NCBI GenBank assembly: GCA_023213395.1
Contig: CM041465.1
Location: 211,365,741 to 211,429,740 of the forward strand
DNA: 64,000 nucleotides
Source: Cycas panzhihuaensis
Taxonomy: Eukaryota; Plantae; Cycadophyta
Direction of reading: 5' to 3'
Made by a program: the position numbers and the translations under genes. Position 1 is the first letter of the stretch. Every line of letters begins with the position of its first letter. Positions 54,311 through 64,000 of the stretch are shown piece after piece. Under the pieces are notes generated by a model. The model ran no database searches, had not been told where the DNA came from, and saw nothing but the letters and a program-made list of their open reading frames with translations.

Positions 54311-57045
54311 GTTTTAGGGGTCTCTAAGAAAGTTCTCAATTACCATCTTGTTTAGTGGTGCTTACTTATAAGTGGCAAATTAGGGACCTAATATATTGGT
54401 GTAAGCTCAAAGGATAAATACATAGACTACAAAGAAGGTCTAAGATCCCTCTAATTTATTTACCCACTTATGCTAGACTTATGCCTAACAATAGATCTAA
54501 TAGTGAGAACTTATCTAATCGAGGCACTCACCCCTTTGGGTCTAGCCTAGTCCATAAACTCTAACAAAAAGGTATACACCTCAACTTTCCACCTATTACA
54601 CCTTATAACCAATGGTTTCCTTAGTAAATTAAAGTGCACCAATTGCGTGTACATGATGGTAACTTTAGGGTCCTAACCATTCCCTTGCAAGGCTAGAAAC
54701 AAGAGATTAATTAGGAAATTACTTTTTAATATGAGAAGATTGATTTTATGGTGAGTTGTTACAAGTAAAAGTTTCTTTTTAAATAAAAATAACTAAAATA
54801 AAGATGAAAATAAAAGAAATAACTAAAATAAAGATAAATATGGGTTTATAGTTCTCTTTAATGGGTCATGTACAAAAGAGAATCATATCAACCTTCCAAG
54901 AGAAACACCTATAAAAACCAACACCATGCACTTACTAGCATTAAACATGGAGTTAGGTAGTTAAATAAAGATTACTAATAGCATAAAGTAGTACAAGAAC
55001 TTCTTAAAAACTAAAATAAGCCTTTAAAAATGAGAAAAATGTGAAATATGCTCAAATACCAAGGTCTATTTTGATAGCTTATAACTTTAGAAAAATGGCT
55101 TCAAATCAAGATTAGTCTAATCCTAGTCTATAGAGCTCGAATCCCCTTTTGGCGGTCTAAACAATTTGTAAAACATACTTAAATTCTTGAGATATAGCCA
55201 AAATAGTGCTAGTACCTTTTATAAAAATATGCAAAGGAGAATGGGCTTAAGCCCTTTAAAACTAGCCCCTAGTCACCAGAAACTAAATGTGACCATGTAT
55301 TGATGAAGTTAAGGGGCTTATGGATCTAAAATTATATTGAATATAATCTAATCTCTTTTAATATGTAAAAAGAATAAAAGTAACTAAATTTCTTTTGGAG
55401 TCTACCCTTTTATGTGAAAAGATGGTTATATGATTGATGAACATGACTAGAATTTGGGGATAAAGGCCAAATCTTAAGTAAAAATTAAAATCAATTTAAT
55501 TTAATGAGATAAAGTTAAAAACTTAATGAAAAATATAAAATTTTTATGGAATATGAGTCATTGAGGCTCACATGGGCTACACATGATGTTGGGTGGCCCG
55601 CATAGGGTTGCAAGAGCAAAAACACACCAAGATCAATATAAAGAATACAAAATCATGGGGAGGGGGGGGCGTAGGGCCTAACGAGACCGATGGACTTAGG
55701 TTTTTACAAAATAAGCTTAGAATGAGTAAAACAAAGCTACAAAGAGTAAAAGGGCTATACAAATAAAATTGGCCAAAAGAGACCTTTACACAACAAATAA
55801 CTAGTCCGAATATATTTCAATAGGCTAGGAATAAGGTTAGAAACCACTAAGGAGGTAGATCTATCCCTAATAAGTAAATACATCTAATTCTAGGGTTGGA
55901 GAGGCTTGAAATAATCTTTTTTCACCATTTTTCTAAAAAGCTATAACGACCATATACAACTATAAACGAGCTTGATATCAAATATATGGAGCTAATATAC
56001 ACTAGAGAATGCCTACACTTAATGTAAACATTGTAGTATACACCGATATTTAAGAATAATTGAAGAACTAAGAGCAAACATGGTGTCATTATAAAGGAAC
56101 AAGCCTTCATTTGTTAATTCTAAATCAAAGCATAAATAAGCTTTGATACCATTCTAAAAACTTCATGATCTAAAAATCATGTGCTAGTAATCGAAAATAA
56201 GCTATACTACTTGAATAATGTAGGAAATAAGCAAAACATCACTATATTAAAGAGCACGGTGAATTTGTCATCACGTGAGGCTTAATATGGGTAGGGCTTC
56301 CATATAACATTCAATATCATGTACAAATGAATGATATAAGGCTCAATTTATAAGTAACCCATCAATATTTTGAGTGATATAATTGGTCGACTAAGTAGCA
56401 TATACGATGAACCCAACCATATTATACAACGTGATTAGATTTATATTAGAGTCACCTTAGGATTATAATATGCACATAAAGAACATAAAATACGGTGAAA
56501 TAAAGATGCTATTACATAGTTTTAATAGATATAAGCCAATATAATATCGTATATTCCTATCTTAGGTTCAAAATATCAAAAGTTTTGAAAGTTTATTTGA
56601 GGATTGGTTCCCCATGCCACTAAAAATGAGAGAAAATTTATGTGTTTATCCTACTAGAACCTACTCTAGAATGGTATGAAGAGAAGATGTGGCTAGAATA
56701 TAATACTAATCTAGTGGACCTATACCACCCAAAGTTTATATATCAATTGATCAACTCTAAAGGCTACCAACTTATACTCATAATTACAATAAGGCTCTAA
56801 TTATTTGAAGGCATCACATAAATTATGTACCCTCATCGTCCTTTTCTTTTAAACATCCTAATGAGATATCACTTGTTGCTAGCTTGAAGTATATGTTTAA
56901 TGAATGTGCTAATTTATTATAAGTTTATGATGAAGGATAGTTGATTTAACTAGACTATAGTCATTTTCCTCATAGATTGAGTAACATTCTCTTTTTCATA
57001 TATGCCTCCTTTGTTGTAGCTCTCTTCATCTTGTTCTTACAAGAT

Positions 57046-57282
57046 TGTTGGAATATTGATAAAGCACATTTATTTTGTCCAACATACAAGTGGGTCCCAC
57101 TCTCCCCATCATGACATGTATTATAAATGCACAACATAGTGTATCACATTGTATGATATTGTAATTATATTTTATTAATACAATGGAGGTACCTTAAGGG
57201 TACCATTCGACCTTAGAGGTATGTTTGTTCTATTTGCCAATATTATATTACAGGTTCTATTTTCCAACATGGTATCGTGAGC
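57046..57282 (+). mobile_element. Short 224-bp LTR plus PBS
   Basis: TGTTGGAA...TTCCAACA (57046-57269) followed by tggtatcgtgagc. Confidence 0.7.
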
Positions 57283-58717
57283 AACTAGGTTGAGAGAGGT
57301 GTTTTCATTATCTGAGCGATGATTTGAGAGGTACCATCAAGGGTTGAAAGCATATTCGAGAGAATAAATATTGAAATTTCGAAAAGTAATGGCAAAATTG
57401 AGACGAAATAGCTTGTTGGTATTAGAGCATAGATTGTTGAATTTTTTTTAAGAGCAATAAGATCCATTAGTATTTGAAGTAGATCTACTCATAGAAGAAA
57501 ATATTGGTTATATTTATCTTCTACAAAGTTTTCTAGCGTTTCTTGTATTATTTTTATCGTAGATATGATTATTCTTGATTTATACATGTGAAATAATAAT
57601 ATTTTTCTAGATCTATGTACATAAATTGTAATTAGTAAGTATCCAAGATTTTATCACTCTATGAAGTTTTATCAACAAGTTTTACATATTTTTGTCAAAT
57701 AGTTGGCCATTTCTAGCATATTTTATTTATTTATTCAAGACTTTTTTCAGATCTATGCAAGAGCACAACCGCAATCAATAAATATTTAAGTTTTTATCAC
57801 TCTACAAAGTTTTATTAACAAGTTTTACATATTTTTGTCAAATACTTGGCTATTTTTATTGTATTTTATCTATTTATTCAATATTTTTTCATATCTCGCA
57901 TAGAGCACAAATGCAATCAATAAATATTCAAAAGTTTCATCAATTTATGAAGTTTTATCAATAAGATCTACATATTTTGTCAAATACTGGCTATTTCTAG
58001 TTTATTTTATCTATTTTTTAATATTTTCTAGATCTATGCAATATTTTCTTGAGATCCGATATTTTATTAAATATTTGACCATTTTAGTATATTTGATCTA
58101 TTTATTTAAGTTTTACTCCAAATCTATGTAATATTTTCTCTAGATCAGTATATTTTGTTAAATATTTGACAATTTTTAATATATTTGATCTATTTATTCA
58201 AGTTTTTCTCGGATCTATGTAATATTTTCTTTAGATTTGCATATTTTATTAAATATCTAATCATTTTGGTATATTTGGTATATTTATTCAATATTTTCTT
58301 GACATCTATATATTTTGTTAAATATTTGACTCTTTTTGTACATTTGGTCCATTTATTCAATATTTTCTTTCAGGTCTGTGCAAGATTTGGTGCATATTTA
58401 GCCTAATAAGTCTCTTGGAGAAGTTATACTACAGTAGATCTGTCTACTAGAAGAATCTATTCGAAGTTTCGACCATTGTGAAAGAAGTTCTTACGCTTTT
58501 AAGTCCATCTTCCTCAGAATCTACCACAATTGCATTACTAGGTTCTTCCTATTTTTTCGATTTAAACATATATATATCTTAGTTCTTTGATATATCTACC
58601 CCAAAGATATTTGAAATATTTTAGATACAATATATATATATATATATATAATTTATTTAATATACTTTCTTCAATATATTTAATTTTTTTTTTGTTTCAT
58701 TTGTGGCTTCTCTTTTT

Positions 58718-58933
58718 GCTCTTCCCTTTCATTTATAACAAGAAGAGCAACTACACCGATTGCTTGTGCAAATTTGGCCTTTGTAATAAAAGTATAGTTA
58801 CCTTGTTTCACCAACACAACATCTTTAGTGAGCTTTTTAGTTTGATTAGTGCAGTTATCACAAGGATTGGCTAAGGCAAGATGAGATATGTTGGCAACTT
58901 TCTCCTTTGATTCCATGGTCATACCAAATCTGG
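58718..58933 (-). pseudogene. Signal peptide peptidase-like (SPPL) PA-domain fragment
   Basis: RFGMTMESKEKVANISHLALANPCDNC...KLTKDVVLVKQGNYTFITKAKFAQAIGVVALLVIN versus ARFG.T.ESKEK.A...L.L.DP.DCC...KL.GDV.LV.RG.C.FTTKA..AEAAGASA.LIIN. Confidence 0.88.
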
Positions 58934-59085
58934 TCCAAAATACTTTATCGTGTAGGCAGTGGTATGGTAATAGCTTTGTCCACATCTACCATATTTACAA
59001 TATTATTCTTGATACCATTACCACACCCCTTAATTTTTGTGATCATACTGGGCATCTTATACCTGTAGAAAGCATCATTATCATT
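58934..59085 (-). pseudogene. eIF5 N-terminal fragment
   Basis: [37 protein letters not shown]...TAYTIKYFG versus eIF5 [45 protein letters not shown]. Confidence 0.93.
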
Positions 59086-59102
59086 TATATTCCTTCATTT
59101 TA

Positions 59103-59198
59103 AGTGAAGTTGAAGTGCCGAGAAACTCTTTCCATTGAATATTTTGGAACCCTGGGTTTATAGACCAAGTAAGGAACACCTACGGCAATAATCACCGC
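59103..59198 (-). pseudogene. NDR1/HIN1-like (LEA_2) transmembrane-junction fragment
   Basis: AVIIAVGVPYLVYKPRVPKYSMERVS..FNFT resembles GILYLVFKPKLPKYS(I/V)DRL...FN. Confidence 0.7.
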
Positions 59199-59241
59199 CC
59201 CCCTCAAGCTGTTTCATGCATAATTGAGCCAGAGGACTTAC

Positions 59242-59586
59242 GGAAAAAGGTCTCTCCACCTCACGTAAAATAAAAATATGCCTATTAATGTAAACCACTG
59301 GTTCCTCTCAAAGGCTATGCCACAATACAGATTTCTGCTGTGCATTCTTGGTGGCTCTAATAAGGTCGAGCACATTCCGAATCCTATCAATAGTAGGAAT
59401 GGCAACTCCATAAACAGGGAATGAATCAACCTTTCTATAGTTTGGAGCACCTGCAACTTGAGTCTGTAGGTGCTTATTTTGGTATCCTGGGAAGTGATCA
59501 CTCTTCAATGTTATTTTCTTGTCGAGAACAGAGCCTCCCCTGTGAGTGATGACGTGCTCTAGTTCTACGCCTTCTATTGGCTGCAT
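59242..59586 (-). pseudogene. Paladin-like (PTP-like/inositol-hexakisphosphate phosphatase, At3g62010 family) N-terminal fragment
   Basis: RGGSVLDKKITLKSDHFPGYQNK...GAPNYRK...VYGVAIPT...LWHSL*EEPVVYINRHIFILREVERPFS, in frame with a single TGA at 59308-59310. Confidence 0.93.
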
Positions 59587-62124
59587 CTGTAATCTCTTAA
59601 TTTCAGTAGCTGATCACAAGCGTAGGCAAGATTGAAGAGAAGCTTATCCTTACCGTTGAGGCTTCAATGATATTAGAAAACTAATAATTCCTAAGCTTTG
59701 GCATCTCGCCGCCCAACCACGTAAGCAAGCCATCCGACGCTCGAGAAAATCCACCTCTATTAACTCAGATTCCCATATCAGCTCCTTCTGAAGTCGTCTA
59801 TTTTGCCCAATCTATTCACGGCGGCCACCTTCTCCTCAACCTCTCTACATTATCTATTGCATCCAAATGTTGGCCCCTCTCCTTAGTGTTTCACCCTTGG
59901 TCATTTCTCCATCGATCGCTCAACTACTATTACTTGTGTCTGCCATTTGCATATTCACGGTGGCATTTTTTAAATCTCTCAATCCTATTTTTATTGTACA
60001 TTTGATCCTATTTTTCCGTGGTGTCATCTCGCTTATTCTGTAGCAACGCCATAACTATTTTTATGTTTATATTTTTTATAAAGTTTAAAAAAATTAAATT
60101 ATATTATATAAAATTTTCAATTCTAAGTTTTTAAGGCTTAAGCCCCTCACAGATTAGCCCCAGTCACTTCAACTCATGTGACCTTTAGTTATTTTCTTGA
60201 AGGCCAACATAATGGTTATCAAGTTTTTCTTTTATATATTTTTTTATTTTCTCATTACACATAAGGTACCGGCTAATTTTACCATAACTTTTATCGAGTA
60301 TCGGTTTCGATGAAACCTATCCTATTACATCCAAAATTTTCCGAGGTATATTTTGGTGGTCATATGCCATATTCGAATGATTTGACCTGCTTTCAATCAA
60401 TTTAAAGTCGATCATTTATTTTAAAGCCTTTTGAATTATTTTCATAAAATCGTTTTCTATTAGATTATATTTATCACCAAGAGATTATTTTCTACATGGA
60501 TTTACTTTGCAGCCATCTATTTTTAGTGAACTTTATCACTCTCTACTCATTTTATTTTTAGCATTTGTTTTAATCATTATTTTAATCGTGAATGTGTCAC
60601 TTTAGTGTTTTTACCATATTTACATAAAACTACTATTTATATTTTCAACTATATCTCCTCACCGAAATCAAATTTCCAAACCGTAAGATTTGTTGGAATC
60701 TTTATTCGAGCACTACTTCTTAAAGGTATGCTTTATTTAGCTTGAATCAATATCTTTCAAGTTTAAGTAGGTCAAAGTTGACTTTATTTTCCGCTATCTT
60801 ATTAACCTTAACATGACACCTTTACAATTTCTTTAATGTCTTGAGCTTCATAGCTCGAATCGAGTAATCGCTTGATTCTAGTAAAAGATATTTTAGTGAT
60901 CTACAATTTCAAGTTGGTTTTATTACTTTTTGAGTCTATTTTGTAGGTGATCTAAGCCCTTAAAGTTGAGGTACATAATAGCCTCTAATTTATCATTATT
61001 ACACATTTTTTATATATTATTTCTCAAGTTTTAATCGAAAAGTATATTAAGCTACTCTCTACACTATATTTGATTATTTTACATTATTTTACAAATTTCT
61101 TACCAAGATTTTCATAATATTTTGAGCTCTAGGCTCTGGTAAACCTCAAAAGGAGAACTGCATTTTTGGTACATTAAATCTTAACTTGTAGGAATCGTTT
61201 CTCAAAACGTAAATTTTGTTGAATATATATTTTATTTGTCTTCAAATTGGTATAATTTCACCTTATTTTGACATTGTTTAGTATAGATTTGAAACTGATC
61301 AATTTAAACATTCAAGATATCCGATTAGGCTTGTCTTCTAAACCCTTTTTAAGGAGTACTTTATTTTATTTCTTATTGATAACTTATAATACATGTTTAA
61401 GGATTGTATTTAACTTTCATATAGCCACTTTTAAAGTCGATTTGTAGTAGAAATTACTCATATACATATAAAGCAAGTGATAAGCCAATTAGACATACAA
61501 CTCAAAATGGGTACAATTCGAGTTTCTTTTTGTTAAGTTTCTTCTTTATATTCCTTATCTTTCAAAGTGAAAATATACTTATATATTTCATATTTTCAAG
61601 ATTATATATCATCATCAAGATAAAATATTTCTTGCATTAAAAATCATTTCCTTACTCAAGTTTATAGTTATTTATTTGAAAAATCACAAGCTTAAGGATT
61701 CTTTATTTTCATTATCAAAAGTCTTATTTCGATTTGCATAGTTAAAAGGATCTTAATTATATTTAAAATTTGCTCATATATTCATTATATTTCTAAGTTT
61801 ATCTAAAATTATATCTTATAAGTTTGTTATTTCTTCGAAAGACATATACTTATTGAAAGCATTTTTCCATTTATTATTATTAAAAATTTATTTCTTTATT
61901 GCACTTATAAAAGTTGCATCTAGTTGATTTATTTTCTAAAGGCATCTTTCATTTTTAAAGGCATTGTGATTACTTACATAGTTCTTTCAAAGAGTATATT
62001 TGAAATTATAAGTTTATTGACTTATTATATTCTTTGATTCCTTCTAAAAAGTACATAGTTTGTTGAGAAGTACAAAAAGTTCACTTATAAACTATATTTT
62101 TTATGTACTAAAGTTTTCTATAAA

Positions 62125-62637
62125 ATGGAAATTAATCTAAATAAAATATAATTTCCTATATTTGATGGCCAAAATTTTTCACAATGGCATAAAACAATAT
62201 AAAATTATTTCATTACAAATGATTTTTGGAAGTACTTACAAGATGAATATGATCTTAATATTAAAGAAAACTTTAAAAAGGACAATGAAGTCTTAGGGAT
62301 ATTATTTTGCATTATAGATGATAATGTGTTTTCTAAAGTTTATGAAATGACAACCTTCAAAACCGTATGGGACACCTTACTTTTCATTTATGGGGGAGAT
62401 ACCCTCAAAGTAAATGAATTTAACATTGATATTGTTGAGCATGTGGATTATGATGAAAAGACCAAGGAACAAAATTCAAATCAAATGCATGATTATCTTG
62501 TTGCACAAGAAGTTGATCCTCCATTTGAGGGGGAGAAATCTTATGATATGATACCACTCACAACACAAAGATTTCAAAGACAAAGTCAAAGTTCGAACAT
62601 AAAGTCAAAGTTATACCATTCACCTTCATTTGAATGA
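62125..62637 (+). mobile_element. Truncated copia gag, copy 2
   Basis: Duplicate of 43332-43860; includes ORF 62326-62637. Confidence 0.8.
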
Positions 62638-62817
62638 AGCTACATTTACTTAGAGATTTTTGAATCGCTCAATGGTAAAAGACACATATTGCTAAAAAGA
62701 TGAAGTGAGTCAATAGTGATCAAGCTAAAAGATAAATTTTCAAAATTTTTCTCAAGTTCAAATTTAACAAGTTTAAAGAGAAGATAAAGTTATTCGTGAT
62801 GACCATTAAGGGGAGAA

Positions 62818-63353
62818 TATTGGGGTTAATGATCATCACCCTACTCCCACCTTTCACAGAGGAGAGTGTACACCCACTTCCACCAATTTACACATATGAG
62901 TGCTCACATGTAAAAGTAAGTGTAAGGTAAGGTTAAGTTTATTTGAGTTAAAGAAGCTCGATACCGGATGAAGGAAAATAAAACCATGATGGAGACTGGA
63001 TAAAGTATAATCACATAGTCAAAACATTGTTACATAAACATATAAATCTTTTGAATTCAATCCATGATGAGTGAGTACATAGCAAATCTCCAGTGTAAGC
63101 GGTGTCTAAAGACACCAGGATTGCACACCCCGCCAAATATATAATTTAGAGGAGGAGGGAAACTCCTCAACCCGTAGAATTAAAACAATAATAAAATATT
63201 ACATAACTCAACTCAAATCAACTTAACTCAAATTAACTTTAGCCTTACCTTATACTTACCATTATATGAGCACCTACATATGTAAATTGATGGGAGTGGG
63301 TGTGCATTCTTGGGTGAAAGGTGGGAGTGGGATGATGATCATTAACCCCAATA
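62818..63353. mobile_element. Partial plus-strand LTR, inverted PBS and full inverted LTR, copy 2
   Basis: 62818-62950 is the reverse complement of ~63225-63353; LTR 62969-63353; same arrangement as 44043-44575. Confidence 0.85.
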
Positions 63354-63771
63354 ACACCTTTGTAAAATAGGTTAAATATGATGAGGTACATATATTTAGA
63401 TACCTTAGTAAAATATATATGAACTTTAAATTCTTAAAATATGAGATTTGAAGATGTGGGTAATAGCCTTTCTTCAACTTAGAATCAAATAGCATAAATA
63501 TTGTGCTTTTCAAATAACTTAGGTAAAACACAAATGGCTCAACTTGAAGCCTAAACCAAGTCTATATAGTGTTTAAGATAGATACGAAAATCTAGGATTA
63601 ACAAAACTAAAGCATGGGCCAACACCGCAAATAAGCCAAATGAACACCCTTCTATACATGAAATGAAGGCTATAGACCCTTTAAATGGATTGATTCTAAG
63701 ATATAAAATAGACATCGAGTCCAAAATATGAAATAAATACACACTATGTCAACATAGATAGAGAAATAAAG

Positions 63772-63817
<46 letters not shown>

Positions 63818-64000
63818 TCTCCCAATATCCCACACACATAGTAGATATGGAAATATATTAGATTTCTTGATCTTCAATACACTAGTAGATGCAAAAATAT
63901 ATTAGATCTCTTAATCTCTCATACATATAGCAAATATAGATCAACCCGGATGTAAGAAGAGTAGCATGTAAGGAGAGCAAGGATGCCATTAAATTTTTGA

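Larger units (their letters stand above)
57417..64000. repeat. Direct duplication of 38556-45226 (at least 6.6 kb, runs off the window)
   Basis: Collinear high identity starting exactly at tggtattagagcatagatt. Confidence 0.97.

Overview
Very AT-rich plant nuclear DNA. A gymnosperm-type genome is inferred from composition and repeat style, not proven. Most of the window is nested, heavily C>T/G>A-eroded Ty1/copia and Ty3/gypsy relics. The only full-length host gene is a non-RD LRR receptor kinase of subfamily XII (EFR/XA21-like, 23301-26537). It has one canonical intron, about 7 frameshifts (mostly at homopolymers) and one in-frame stop. The most notable feature is a pol-less, gag-only LTR element (37682-44575, near-perfect 5-bp TSD). 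Its interior is inverted relative to its outer LTRs, and it carries an antisense chain of uninterrupted coding fragments from four unrelated host genes: paladin-like phosphatase, NDR1/HIN1-like, eIF5 and SPPL PA-domain. Most of this element plus its right flank recurs at 57417-64000. A second chimeric capture (At1g13360-like remnant plus an importin-alpha fragment) lies inside a 3.39-kb tandem duplication (9610-16381). Protein identifications come from manual translation and recalled family motifs; no searches were run.
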